Below are positions 12,279-26,109 of a stretch of DNA of 64,000 nucleotides, in pieces; within the stretch, counting starts at the first letter, position 1, and every line of letters begins with the position of its first letter. The position numbers and the translations under genes were made by a program. The DNA is from Hemiscyllium ocellatum (taxonomy: Eukaryota), in the NCBI RefSeq assembly GCF_020745735.1, contig NW_026867487.1, positions 4,791,239 through 4,855,238 of the forward strand, in the 5' to 3' direction. The notes under the pieces were generated by a model. The model worked only from the letters and a program-made list of their open reading frames with translations, ran no database searches and had not been told where the DNA came from.

Positions 12279-13964
12279 TGGAGCATAGTTAGTTTCAAGT
12301 GTGATGGCACACGAATATACAAAGTTAAATTAAAGTATAAGACAGGTCGTTGTGTTTTTTGTTTTGTTAGTTCATAGTTCTCATATTAAGTGTGTCTAAT
12401 AAATGAATATTACTGTCTATAAGAGTCAACTCATAGTTCTTTTGTTGAGTATGAGTTTAAACACACTTGTGCCAGGTACAACATTATTAATTGCCCTCTC
12501 TCTTTAAACAATGATAGGCCTAAAACAAGCTGATTTTAATTGGTCCTTCAAAGTTTTGCTTCATAAAAGTTCTCAACGCACTCCAGAAATTTATCCCCCA
12601 CAGTGTTCACGTTTTCACACTTCGCCCTTGACAACGTCGTCTTTGCGTCTATTCAGGAGGTGATCGATTGAATACATGACCTCACATAGGTTGAGCCTCA
12701 TATCTCCCTGCTGAAAATGTTTGCAAAACTTCTTGATTGGTTAAAATTCCTTTCTCAGGAAGGCTGTGATCATATTCATAATAAGAAACGTGACTGCGGA
12801 TGTTGGAGATCTGAAACACACAGACAGTTGTGCTTGTGACTTGATGCTGACTGAAAGTAAAATGGCAGGTTTAAGTTTCCAATTTGAAAATGGGCACTTG
12901 ATAATTCTCCAACATTTGAACCTGTTTGTGTTACCGTCCTGATTTATGGGCAAAAGCACATTTGAAAGAAATTAGGTAAAATCTGTCGTAAAATTGAAGG
13001 TTGAAGTGGAAGTGAAATGGATCTGATCGTTAATAATAGTAATAGTTTGATTACTAGATAAGGAAGGACCTGCATTGTGTCCAAGAATTTCCATTTGTAG
13101 TGATATGTTCATCCCACATACTGGCCTTTGAGATATGCCTCTTTCCTCCCATTGAATTAAACTGAGGTGAAGCACATTCGCTGAAATGATGATTTAAAAA
13201 CTAAAATGGGAACTTTTGAAAGGAAATGAGGAGTATGTTTGAAAAGGAAAGGTTTGGACAAAATTCACGAATGTGGGAGGAGATAACTTCGTATTATCGC
13301 TAGATTATTATTGCAGAGAGTCAGATAATATTCAGGGAATCGGGATTCGAATCCCAACAAAGTAGATGGTGAAATTTGAATTGAATAAAATTAAACATCT
13401 AGAATTAAGGATCTAATAATGGCCACGACAACATTTTAAATTAATTGATTTTATTCACTAATGTACTTCCAGGAAAACGGCTGTCTTCATCTGGTCTAGC
13501 TCATGTGTGATTACAGATCTGCAGCGCAAGAAACTGTATTCGGAGATATTATCGAATCCCTGCAGTGTGAAAACAGGCCATTTGTCCCAACAAGTCCACA
13601 CCACCCTTCGAAAGTTAACCCATCCAGATTCAACATCACCCTGACACATCCTTGAGCACTATGGATAATCTTAGCGTGTCCAATTCACCTAACCTGCACA
13701 TACATAGATAGTGGTTAGCACTGACCACATTAGCCACATTGCTGATATGTCTCTGGATTGTCAACTGATTAGATATTGAAAACGAAATGACAACGATCAG
13801 TACTCCCAAGATATCCTATTCTGCTGTTCACATTGTACACTTTTCCCAACAAAGACTATATTTATATTGTTGTGCCAGTTGTTCGTGATGAGCAAACAGC
13901 TCTCGTAATGTAGTACCGATGTCACATAGTAATGCAGGCAGGAGTGGGCAATTTTGCACGTCGA

Positions 13965-14505
13965 ACCCGCTGCGCAACTCATTAAGATCTACCCAATGTC
14001 TCAGCTCCTCCAACTTGTGTTATCCCCACAACCCTCATGTTTCAGGACATGCAAAAGCTCATTGAAATATGTCTTGAACAAATTTAATGCAGCTGCCTCT
14101 ACTGCGTCTTTGGTCAGTGAATTCCATAAATTCACGATTCTCTGGGAAAAATCGTTCCTCCTTATCTCTGCCCTAAATCTACTCCCCCTAACCTTGAGGC
14201 CATGTGCCCTAGTCCTAGTCTCACGCATCAGCGGAAACAACTCGCTTCAATGTATCATGTGTATTCCTTTCATAATTTTATATGTTTCTATAAGATGGAT
14301 TCTCATTCTTCAAAATTCTAGCCAATACAGTCCCAGGCGATTCAGACTCTCCTCACAGGGTAACCTGCTCATCCGTGCAATCAATCTCGCGAAACTCCTT
14401 TGCACGGGCTCCAAAGACAGTCAATCCTTCCTCAAGTAAGGAGATCAGAACTGTGCACAATACGCCGGGTGCAGCCTCACTAACATCTTGTACAATTGCT
14501 GCAGA
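13965..14505 (-). mobile_element. CR1/L2 LINE 3' fragment
   Basis: Minus ORF with TRAHGLKVRGSRFRAEIRRNDFSQRIVNLWNSL; paralog at about 34175-34790. Confidence 0.75.
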
Positions 14506-14539
14506 ATCATCCAACTCTTAAATTCAATCAGAATTTAAA

Positions 14540-15140
14540 TATTAACCATTAGTCACCTGGGAGGTCATGTTGTGGCTGTACAGGACATTGGTTAGGCCAC
14601 TGTTGGAATATTGCGTGAAATTCTGGTCTCCTTCCTATCGGAAAGATGTTGTGAAACTTGAAAGCGTTCAGAAAAGATTTAGAAGGATGTTGCCAAGGTT
14701 GGAGGATTTGAGCTACAGTGAGAGGCTGTTTTCCAAGGAGCGCCAGAGGCTAAAGGGTGGCCTTATAGAGATTTACAAAATTACGGGAGGCACGGATAGG
14801 AAAAACAAACAAAGTGTTTTGCTTGGAATCGGGGAGTCCAGAACTAGAGGGCATAGTTTTAGGGTGAGGGAGGAAATATAGAAAGCAGATCTAAGGGGCA
14901 ACGTTTTCACGCAGAGGGTGGTACGTGTATGGAATGAGCTGCCAGAGGATGTCGTGGACGCGGGTACAATTGCAACATATAAGAGGCATTTGGATGGGTA
15001 TATGAATAGGAAGGGTTTGTGGGATATTGGCCGGGTGCTGGCAGGTGGGACTAGATTGGGTTGCGATATCTGGTCGGTGTGTACACTTTGGACCAAAGGG
15101 TCTGTTCTCATGCTGTACATCTCTATGACTATGACTCTAT
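14540..15140 (+). mobile_element. CR1 LINE 3' fragment
   Basis: LYRTLVRPLLEYCVKFWSP...TRGHS...VWNELP; tail CTATGACTATGACTCTAT; absent from unit 2. Confidence 0.85.
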
Positions 15141-15577
15141 GAATGACTTTGTTAAAGAGGAGAATTGAAGTTAGTGCTCCCATCAGCTTTATTCAGTGAT
15201 CAGCAGGTATTTTTTGCCCTGGCTTGGAGTATATTTTGGACCGATATTGACAGATTGATGGATAAAAAAGGACAGATGTGATTTTGGTAGTCTGCCCGAA
15301 TTTGGAAATGATGTGGATCGACCATTACATTATTCACAAGTGGAACAGGTTGTCCGGAGCAAACGGACTTCCCTGTTTCCCAGTGAAGCTACTGTGGTCA
15401 ACACGTTGACGTCGTGGACTGGAGAAAAAAGTGGTTGTTAGCCGATTGAGTGATGCATGTGTCTCTGACAGAACTGAACCATTCAACAGTGAGACTGGAT
15501 ATCACACCCATTGACTGCCAACATAAGAGCATCAGCTTCAATTTTCTTTGTTCTTCCCCAGCATTTGCTCTGCAAAC

Positions 15578-16093
15578 ATGTCTGCTCTTAATATTTATTC
15601 ATTTCTCGCTGCTGCAACGCTCTTTACAGGTAAGTTTCTGAGTTGTAAAATGTTCTCTTCTAGTTAAAACGTACGTAGAAATCTTCTGTTTGTCTGTGTT
15701 TCCCTCTATCACAATCGATACTTTGACTTGCTATCATTGATCATGAACATCATTTTAATGTCACTTTCTTTCTATATTTTCACAGGTGTTAATTGTGCCG
15801 ATTCGATCTCACAGAAGCCAGTTACAGTGATACAATTTGAAAGGGATTCAGTAACCATTCATTTCAGATATTCGACCACAGATGACACGTATACATTGCA
15901 ACTGTACCGTCAGGACCCAGGGAAATCTCCAACATTCTTAACCTACGTTCGCAACTATGACAGTATCATGAGAGAAGAGGGGGTGTCAGAGCGATTTTCT
16001 GCATCTTTGGACAAGTCAAAAAAATGAAAGGAATTTCACCATCTACGAGTTGCAGCTGTCTGACACTGCTGTACATTACTGTGGACGGACAGA
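15578..16093 (+). pseudogene. Family A copy 2, frameshifted (leader 15578-15629, V exon from 15786)
   Basis: Seven A's (versus six in A3) in TCAAAAAAATGA give a stop at 16025-16027; YYC changed to HYC; RSS heptamer mutated; same F23/L41 as the other A copies. Confidence 0.85.
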
Positions 16094-16132
16094 CATAGTG
16101 ACAGGAACCAGGCTGAAGTTCGTACAAAAGCA
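16094..16132 (+). other. Defective 23-RSS of A2
   Basis: CATAGTG (CAC lost), 23 nt, ACAAAAGCA. Confidence 0.8.
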
Positions 16133-18154
16133 CTGCCCCAATAAAACAAAGTGCAAATTGTGGCTAGTCGAATCTAGAGTAACATTTACTTCCTACCCTT
16201 ATACCAGAATGAGCCACGTCCAAATGTAACAAAATAATGAACACAGAGAGATCAATGGGTGCAGCATTCGAGAAAGACCTCCGTCCCTGATTTTTTTTGA
16301 ATAAAATGCAAACATGCGATTAGATAATTTGTGCCATTGTGCAAATGAAGGTGATAGCAATAGAATCGCTTCAGAAGTGACTGGCATTGAGGCCCAGCCA
16401 GTGAAGGAGGTACACAACAGAAGCCATGAAATATCAGCTTCAGAACTCCGTGCAACACAGAATAAAATGACAACAGAAACTTGATTTTGAGCAATGCTGC
16501 GTGATGCGTCCAATATCCACATGCAATTCCGTCATTATTCCTGATATATTTCAATTTGGCTTTTGTCCTCGGTCTGGTTTTTGATCATCTATTCGCTATT
16601 CCAGGAACGTGCAGCTCACTAATCCTGTGCTATAGATTATTATTGTACTAAAGCTTGTTCATTGGCTTCCTGCCATGATAACAATATCATGGCACCAGCT
16701 AATAATGTAGATGCTTGATCCTAATACATGTAAACGTTTTTAACATTGAGATCTCTAATCAGGTTACTACAATTATTTGGACTGTCACTGGACAGCTTTA
16801 GTGCCCACTGTATACAGTATTGATATTTCATATCGCAACTATTTGTTCCTTTGAACGAAATATTTCTGGAACGTTCGAAGTTGGGGATAGACCTGAAAGA
16901 GCAAAATGCAAACATATCAGAAGCGGACAGATTAGAGTGGTGAGAGGAAAAATAAAATTGAGATTGTCAATGTCACGCCATTGTCTTTTAATTTGCACCT
17001 ACATAGTGAGTATTGGGAGATCAGATTATACAGAATCATTTTTCACCAATGCACCTTAGTAGCATGGGGAACATTGGTGTTAACAGTGCGTTCTCTCAAC
17101 CATTGTCACAAAATCGGAGAACACGTCACTTGAACGAAATTTTCAGAGGGGAGTCATATCAGACTCGAAAAGTTAACACTGTTTATCTGTTGTCAGATAT
17201 TGCCAGCTCTGTTGAAGTTCTGTCACTGTTTCTGATTTGACCGCATATTTCTCAGCGATTACATCATCGTAGCATTCCAACGCTGTGGTAGCACGTTGTG
17301 ATTTAACTTCAATTACTTTGTGTTGTAAATAGAAAACAGTCTTTGCAGAGACCTCCAAAAACTGCTCTGCTTGACTTTCCTTCAAGTCGGAGGAAAACGT
17401 GAAGGTGGCATCATTCTGGATGAAATGCTTACGCTCGAAACGTCGACTCACCTGCTGTGTTTTTCCAGTGTGACACGTTTGACTTTAGTTCAAGTCTCCA
17501 CAGCAGGATATTGGGTGAGGATTTCAACAAACAATAATCCCGCCTCTGTTAAAATTCTTTTAATTTGAAAATATAGTTTATTCATTTAAAAAAGTCTTTC
17601 TGTACAGATATTGAACTAAAAACTGTTCAGTTCTGCACAGTTGCATTTCAAGTAAACACACCGAGCGTTCGAGTTTGATTATACACAAAACCAAAGACCT
17701 CTCTTGCACATACAATACTACTCTTTATCTATATTTGATACACTCGGAGAATGTAATAATTGAAAGCTCCCCCATTTACATTCAGCAGGAAGACCTCAGA
17801 CGGTGGTCTTCTCCTTAGTGTCTTGGCAATAGCTGTCCCAATCTTTAATGTGGACCTCAGTATGTAGTCCTGGTCATTGGAATATTTCAACCTGCAACAC
17901 TCGATCCTGGTCTATTCCTTTTTTTGTAAAAGGAACAAGGCTTGGGCAGACCAGAGAGTGTCTTTCAATGTTTTGGTGGTCCTCAAGATGCAGTTGATGC
18001 CTGTAAAGGTGTGTGTCCTAGGGAACGGACAGTAGAGTTCATAGAGATGCTCAGGACGAACCCAAACAAAGTCCATTTCATTTCCCTTCAGACTCACTTG
18101 GCAAAGACACATTCCAGAGGGAGATATGTGACAGTCTCAACCCCTCAGCAGCCA

Positions 18155-20857
18155 CCGCCCCACACGATTTCACATGCACCACACATGACATCACTTGCCC
18201 CCCCATGTCATACCTGACATCACGCATTCCGTGAAGTCTGCGCCCCCATTTCCGTCACTGCCACCACTTCTGCTTCACTAATGCCACTCACCAACATACT
18301 GCTAACACTCCCCCCACAGATCCCACAGTCACCATTCTCGCCAATCCACAACCGCGAGGGGAATATTACCTCTGATAATGATTCCACTCCATTCCCACAC
18401 CACCCCTCCCACTCCAATTAAGGCTCAGCCCCCACTCCCAGCTCCACATCTATCCCAAGTTCTAGCTCCCAGCCCTTCCAGGTTTTCACCATCCCACAGA
18501 CCTCCCCCTCACTGAGAACAAACAATTAGACTTCAGCAAAGGCCTTACCTTCTTCCCCCTCCGTCAATGCATCAACGAATTCAATACGCATCGTGACGTT
18601 GAACATCTCTTCGGCCTACTCTGCCTCCGAGCTTTCTTTTTTAATCAGGTGTCCCGCCCACATTCCGAGGACCCCTTCACACATCTCCAACACACTCGAT
18701 CCACCTGGACACACAGTGCTGGCTGATTACCAGCCCTCGATCTCTTCATTTCCAACTACTGCCAAATCATTAAACACTTCAACCTTTAGACTCCCTTGCC
18801 CCACTCCAACCTCTCATTCTCACAACACGCAACCCTCCACTCCCTCTGCTCCAATCCCAACCTCACCGTCAAACCAGTGAATAAAGTGTATGCAGTGGTA
18901 GTTTGGTGCACTGACCTGTACACTGCTGAGGCCAAGCGCCAACTCGAAGACACCTCCTCCTACCGTCCCCTCAAACATGATCCCACCCCCATCACCAAAC
19001 CATCGTCTCCCATACCGTACAAAAACTCATCACCTCTGGAGTTCTCCCAACCAATGCTTCCAAACTCATAGTTTGGGAAACACGGACCGCCCAATTCTAC
19101 CTCCTCCGCAAGATTGACAAACCTGACCACACCGGAAGACGCATTGTCAAAGCCTGCTCCTCCTCACCGAACTCAACTTCACCCAGCTCAGAATTCTGCT
19201 ACCGCCCTCCCGCCTCCGTCTAGGAACTCCACACATACATTCGAGACACCACCCACGTCCTCCACCTCGTCCAAAACTTCCGTTTCCCCGGCCCCCAATG
19301 TGTCATCTTCACCACGGGCATCCAATCCTTCTACATCTCATTCACCCTGACCAGGACCTCCAAGCCCACAGTTTCTTCCTCTCCCGATGCCCCACCTGTA
19401 CCCTTCAACTGGCAGTCTCATTCGTTTAGCTGAACTAGTTCTCACCCTTAACAATTTCTCCTTCGAATCCTTACACTTTCACCAGCCAAAAGGAGTAGTC
19501 ATGGGCATCCATAAGGGTCCCAGATATGCCTGTCTCTTTGTTGGCTACGTAGAACAGTCGATCTTCCACTCCCCACCTCTTCCTCTGGTACATTGATGGC
19601 TGCACCAGGGCCACCTCGTGCTCCTGCGAGGAGGTTGATCAGTTCATCAACTTCACTTACACATTCCACCCCGACCTTAAATTTACCTGGGTCATCTCCG
19701 ATACCTCATTCCCTTTCTGGATCTCTTCATCTCCATCAATGACGACTGACTTAACATTGACATTTTTTACAAACCCTCGGGCTCTCATATACCAGATGGC
19801 CTCCTTCTTTAAAGACCATTATTTCCCTTCCCACGTGGTTGAATATGCCGTCCAGCGCATTTCAAACATGTCCCGCACCTCGGCCCCCAAACCCCACCCC
19901 TCCAACCACAACAAGGACATAACCGCCCCATCCTCACCTTCCATCCCATCAACCTACGCATAAACAGCATCATCTGCCGACATTTCCTGCAAACGGGCCA
20001 CACCACCAGGGATATATTTCCGTCCCCACTCCTATCTACTTCCTGCAACGAACCTTTCATCCATGACTACCCAATCAGGTCCCCCCCACCCCACAACAAC
20101 CCACCCTCCCCTCCTGGCACCTTCCGCTGCCACCACAGGAATTGCAAATCTTGCGCTCACACCTCCCTGTTCACCTCCATCCAAGGACCCAATGGAGCCT
20201 TTCACATCTATCAAAGTTTCACCTGCACATCCACCAATGTCGTTTATTGTATACGTTGCTCCCAATGAGGTCTCCTTTAAATTTGGGAGACTGGATGCCT
20301 TCTCATAGAGCGCTTTAGGGAACATTTCCGGGACACATGCACTTATCAACCCTACCGCCCCATGGCCAAACATTTCAACTCCCCCTCCCACTCTGCCGAG
20401 GACATGCAGGTCCTGGGTTCCACCACCGCCAATCCTTCAAAACCCGAATACCTGGTGCAAGAACGCCTCATCTTCCACCTCAGAGCACTTCAACCCAAGG
20501 GTATCCATGTGGACTTCAACAGTTTCCTCATTTCTGCGACCCCACCTTATCCCAGTTGCAATCTGCCAGCTCAGCACCATTCTCATGACCTTTCCTACCT
20601 GCCAATCTTCTTTTCCATATATCCGCTCCACCCTCCTCGCTGACCTATCAACTCCATCCCCAGTTCCAACCACATAGTGCACTCTTAGCTACGTTCTCCT
20701 CAGCACCGCCCACCCCCTCCCCCGATTTAAATCTCCCCGTGGAGGCTCCTTGCCTCATTGCTGATGAAGGGCTTTTGCCCGAAACGTCAATTTTCCTGTG
20801 CCTCGGATGCTACCTGACATGCTGTGCTTTTCTAGCATAAAGCTAAGCTTGTCCCTG
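18155..20857 (+). mobile_element. Penelope-like retroelement (RT plus GIY-YIG endonuclease), decayed
   Basis: LTLNNFSF...KGVVMG...GPRYACLFVGYVEQS...YIDG RT motifs (about 19440-19600); CKSC...FTCTSTNVVYCIRC...ET...ERFREH GIY-YIG region (about 20110-20330); end CTGATGAAGGGCTTTTGCCCGAAACGTC; flanking AGCCA at 18150-18154 and 20858-20862; empty site in unit 3. Confidence 0.9.
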
Positions 20858-21079
20858 AGCCATTTCAAGGGCAGTGTGCGGCAATGCAGGTAGACCGTGC
20901 ATGCATGGCAGTGGCCTTCTCACCACCAGCCAAGCGATGTCTTCAAATAGGGGCTGTATTGAAAATGATGTTTCAATTCTAAGGAAGGGGCACGAGACCA
21001 AAAACAGAAAGTTTAATATCTCCTCACAGATGCCACCAGACCTGCTGAGCTTTTCCAGCAACCCACGATTTTGTATCCA

Positions 21080-21345
21080 TAAAACATAAAGCATATTCAC
21101 AAATGCTAACTTTCTCTCCAACGAAGGCAGCCTCAAGTCCCACAGCCTTTCATCGTAAGACCTCCCCTCCATACCAAGCAACATCCTAGTAAATCTCCTC
21201 TGCACCATTTCCAAAGCTTCCACATCCTTCTTATGATGTGGTAACCAGAACTGTACACAATATTCCAAGTGCGGCCACACCAGAGATTTGTACAGCTGTC
21301 ACATAACCTCATCGTTTTGGAACTCGATCCCTCTATTAATAAAAG
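21080..21345 (-). mobile_element. CR1 LINE fragment, unit-2-specific
   Basis: Minus ORF WPHLEYCVQFWLPHHKKDVEALEMVQRRFTRML. Confidence 0.8.
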
Positions 21346-22412
21346 TGTCAGTCCAATAGTTTACTGACCCAGAAGAGAAACCTCACTGGAGTCATTGATA
21401 AGTTTTCAGACCGTTAGATGAACAGAATCCTAGAAGCGTCATATATACAAGAACAAAGTAAATTGACTCGAAAATTTCGAATGTTTGGATTGTGTCTTTC
21501 TCTCAAAGTGAGTCACCATCTCACCTTGAACAGTAAATATTCTTTCAGTGCCGCTGAGTCAAAATTCTGAAACTCACTTGCTAACAGCACGATGAGTGTC
21601 ATTGCATCCCAATGAGTTCAGTAGTCCAAGAGGCATATCACATTCACCTTCTAGAATGCAACTTGTGGTCACAATAATATTTGGTTTCTCTTATGTGTCG
21701 CCAGAGGGAGGAGAGGACTCCTGTCGTCTTTAAACATTTGACATAATCAGATGTGAACGATTGGGGCACAATCAACAAATTTAGGTGTTGGGTGAAGAAT
21801 GTTCATTTTCAGACAGCACAACAAGCAGAAACCACATGCGATTAAATCTTTCACTGGTGACTTTGCCACATTAATCAGCCCTATTGAGTGCGTTTATTTG
21901 GTTAGTGTTGCTCAGATCTGAGTCACACCCCACTTTCTGATTGGAATTTGAAAGCAAGTCTGCATTACCCTGGACTACCAAATCTGTCCGTCGCTATTTT
22001 GAAACTGTTAACATCCAGCTGCAGGGGCAGTACTCAATACAGTACAAAATGGTTGATGTTATTCAGGTTGCTCCAGCGATGCACGTGACCCATCAGAATC
22101 ACGTGACCGATCATTGTTTCCCTCCCAAAATGCTTTGGACTTTGTTGGACATAACAGGTTGCTGTATTTTCTACATCACTCATCGCTACAAACGTGAAAC
22201 ACTTGGTGACATTTCAAAAGGCAAAAAATCACGTATTCACTTATTCACTAAACTGCCAGCTTTAGTTTATTTCAATAATATATTTGTAACGAATAAAGTT
22301 ATGTATTCAATGGAAAAATATCAGATATCACCGTGGATTCGGGAACACTTTCAGATCCACTTCTGATCTCACCGTTTGCCTGACACATTGTCATATTCAG
22401 TGACTCCCTGAC

Positions 22413-22451
22413 AGTTTTTGTGCAGGGTCAGCCCAGTTCTGAGACTCTCTG
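22413..22451 (-). other. Defective 23-RSS of B2
   Basis: Minus strand CAGAGAG (CAC lost), 23 nt, ACAAAAACT. Confidence 0.75.
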
Positions 22452-23075
22452 GTGCTCAGTGCACAGGTGTATACTGCAGAGTCTGCCAGTTCTGTTTTGA
22501 TCACTTTTAGGTTGATGGTGTCGTTCAGACGATCGAACTCTGAGGATACCCTGTCCCCTAGGAGCCTCTCCGTGCTCCCACCAAATTTGCTTCTCCGTAG
22601 CGGAAACCCCATGGAACCACTGGACTGCGGAAAGTACCAGAACAGGTAAGGAGTGCTGCTTGTTGTAGCATAATTAGAGAACAACTGAACACTGTTACTC
22701 CCATTCACTGCGATCCCCTCAATGTGAGATAGACTCTCCTCGACAAAGTCCTGTAAAATGTATTGATCGATTCATTTGATTGGTTAATTATTGGACTTAT
22801 TGACACGTGTGCCACAGTGCACTGAAAAGCTTTGTTTCAGAGCAGTCTAGGTCAATCATAGAAAAGAAGGATGTACAGATCATAGAATGAGAAGAACAAA
22901 CTTAGACAGAGGCACATAGGTAATGTCGCAAAGTTCAACAGTAGCAAGATCAGCACTCCAGGAGAATCCCGAAATTACAGAAAACACTTCATTATTCTGA
23001 TGCCACAGTAATCTTGTTACCTTGAAGAGTAACCTGAGAAATAAGTTAGGGAAGATAAACAAGAATACATTTCAC
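22452..23075 (-). pseudogene. Family B copy 2 pseudogene
   Basis: FR1 deletion/frameshift with TGA near 22720, C23 to S (LFSNY), YYC to YTC, TAA in the putative leader exon (23075-23021), broken heptamer. Confidence 0.85.
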
Positions 23076-24882
23076 GCAACTCGGCTTTGACAGATTAAAT
23101 AAAACCTCCTTAAATAAACAGCTCACACCGTCTAACAAGGTTATTTTCCGTTTCGTTCCCGATCCCGATGGGACAACAACAGATGGTACGTGAGTTCAAA
23201 GGTCTCGCCTGAGTCAAAGTATCTGAATGGACCCAGTCGTTCTTAATTCCCAGCGTAACTCTTTCACGGTCTTTCACTCGGGTCGTTTGCTCACTCATCC
23301 CAAACAGTGCTGGTGTTGGAAAAGTTAGGCTCAACCTGATTATTTTCATTTGGAGAGCATGTTTCGCTGCCTCTATGTTGATGGAACTCCTGGGTTAAAT
23401 GCAGAAAGCTAAAGATCCTCAACTTATCAACCTACCCGTTAGAACAGCTGCAGTTGTGAGGAACAAACACAGTGCTCCAGGCGACCTTGTTGCAGAGAGA
23501 TCACAGTGAATGTCAGCAGAACTGGTCAAAGCTAAAATAACTTTAGTCAAGAATGGCTAACACTTCCAGATCTCTGCCCATTGGTTCATTGTTGACAAAG
23601 GCATAAAGTGACAACCAAAGAGTTTCAAACGACTTTATTCTTCAATTCAATCAATCAGCTTCACGCTCCTTGAATTTCTTTTCAGATGGTCACAAGAGAA
23701 AGGAACGCAGTGAATTTATTCGCCAGACAACGGGGTCTTGCATAGACTTTAAACCACTATTGACATTTGGCAGTTTTATTATTCTGTAGGCGAAGTCAGA
23801 GAAGGAACACGGTCCACGTTGTTCGAGTGTCAGGAACTTGAATTTCCCAGTTAAGAGAACTGCTCTCGGGCGTTTTGAGAACTTCCTTTAGCGCAGGCTG
23901 AAGTGCAGTGTGTTTGAGGTTTTTGGACACAGTGATGATGTCAACTTAAAAAATACATTTTCACTTACTCATATAGTAGAGTGCAATATTGATTTTGCTG
24001 CATTTTCTGGTAAGATTCATAGCTATCGACATTTTTTTTCATTTTACATTGTGCCATAGCAAATGGATCCATGGTATCTTCACCGGATACATTGCAACAC
24101 CTGCAGCATGTGCTATATTTTCAACGCGTGTTGCTGATGCATTCCAAAATTACCAGCAGCAGGAAAATACTATAACAATTTTTTAAAAGAAGACATGATG
24201 GCACACTCTGAAAGTCTGAATGAGAATGGTGAGAAAGCAGAGATACATATTAACACAAACATGATAGAAGAGAATGTATTTTGCCGAAGGCACAAAACTA
24301 AGTGACAAAGCAAGTGATGAGGTGGCACAAAGAGTCTGCGAGAAGGATGAAAAGAGTTTAAGTGAGTGGGATTACAGCTTCCACTGGAACAGGTATCTGG
24401 GAACGTTGCACCACAAGGAAATGAACAGTTGAGTCGATGGGATGATGTCGAATGATTAGCTTATCCGAATCATTTCTGAGAAAACTGGAATGTGTAAGCG
24501 TTAATGAAATGTGCATGATGTTAAACGAAAGGCCATATTACTTTCCTGCAAGGTTAATTTATGACTTAAACTGATTTAATATTTAACGTCTATGCATGAC
24601 ACTCGTTATTTTTCCCTTTTATCTTTCAATAGTTTATCATCATTTCATCGTCTACATGTGTTGTTACTTTATTTCCGCTCTTTCTCTCATCTTTTATTTC
24701 ACTGATGTTAGCATATGTGAATGTGCTTGCTTTGTCATCTCCCATATTTTCAATTCTTTTCACTTCGTTCACCCTTTACGTCTTGCTCGGCTGTTCCATC
24801 TCTTTTTCTGTTACCGTGGTCCCCTTAACATCGAATTACACAGCCCTGAAATAATTGCATTGATGCTCAGCAGTGCAGCATA

Positions 24883-24921
24883 GGTTTTTGTTCAGACTCT
24901 CCCTCTGCTTGTAACACTGTG
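24883..24921 (-). other. 23-RSS of D2 (perfect consensus)
   Basis: Minus strand CACAGTG, 23 nt, ACAAAAACC. Confidence 0.95.
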
Positions 24922-25259
24922 CCCCTATTGGCACAGAGATAGATGGCGGTGTCGTTAAGTCTGGTGTCTCTCACACTCAGGACACTGAGTTTGTAATCTG
25001 TCCTGACTGAAGCGGAGATCCTCTCATGTTGATCAGCTTCTCTTTTGGCCATCACCAGATGCTGGGGTGGCTGGTTCGGGAGCTGTCTGTACCAGTGCAC
25101 TGTGTCAAACGTTTTTGTTATGGAGCAGTCAATGGAAGCGTTTTCTGCCTCCTTAACAACTTTCCACTGAGCAAGTTGCGTGACTTCATCCTCTCCAGTT
25201 TCTACCTTGTAGATCAGAGAGGAAAGCAGGAAAAGAAGTCGGTAAATTTGAGTCATCAT
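24922..25259 (-). CDS. TCR V segment, family D copy 2; apparently single exon
   Basis: MMTQIYRLLFLLSSLIYKVETG-EDEVTQ...SIDCS...VHWYRQ...LNDTAIYLCANR, then RSS. Confidence 0.9.
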
Positions 25260-25964
25260 CAGGTTACATGAAGCGTAAGGTCCACAGAGTTCTGTTGGAA
25301 AAAAAAGAGTTAACAATGAGAAAAACATTCTTTTCGTGTCGCAAATAGTGCTGTCTTCTTTCGAAGTTGTAAAATAAGTTATGTCTTCGAACTTAGCTTT
25401 CCGTACCAGGTTTTCGCACAAAGAACCGCTCACAATGTGCGTAATGGCACTCCGCCCTCTCATTCAATTCATGTCACAGATTCACTCTACCCTCTAGTGG
25501 TTATCTTCGGAAATTGCTACTTAAATTTTCTCACCACAACTGAGTTCACACTATCGTGGTGAATGAAAACGAAAATACCCTCTTCCCCCTCCCCCACCCC
25601 CAAACAAAAAATCGTTGCCTGGTTTGCTCTGCGCATTTTATTTCAAATGCAGCATTGAAAGATTTCGAGGCATTTTCTTTATGCATTGCAACTGGAACTG
25701 TACTCCACACTTTGAGCAGCCTCACTGAATCAAGCAAAATACCTCAACATTAATCCTAAAATTTTGGCCTGTGATTTGAAGCAGCACGTCGCCTCAGTGT
25801 AATGCAATATGAACAATTATTTCCATTCCGTGCACCATACTATCAGGAAGAGCTACATTGGTAATTCGTTATATTACTATGATCCTCAAGGATGATCGTT
25901 CTGAAATCAACTCCTCTCTCACATGCAATCAGGAAAGCTTGCACTTAGGCACGCGCGCACGCAC

Positions 25965-25996
<32 letters not shown>

Positions 25997-26109
25997 AACA
26001 CACACACCTTCACCCTTTCTCTGATGGGGTCTGCCCAAAACCAGGCAAGTACCTCTGAAATCTCATTCTATTGGAAGATTCTGCGCATTCATTATGCTGG
26101 TGCATCAGA

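Larger units (their letters stand above)
1..15390. repeat. Segmental duplication unit 1 (A+, B-, D-; E deleted)
   Basis: Colinear similarity of genes, spacers and LINE fragments with about 15390-35060, 35060-44910 and 44960-52400. Confidence 0.85.
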
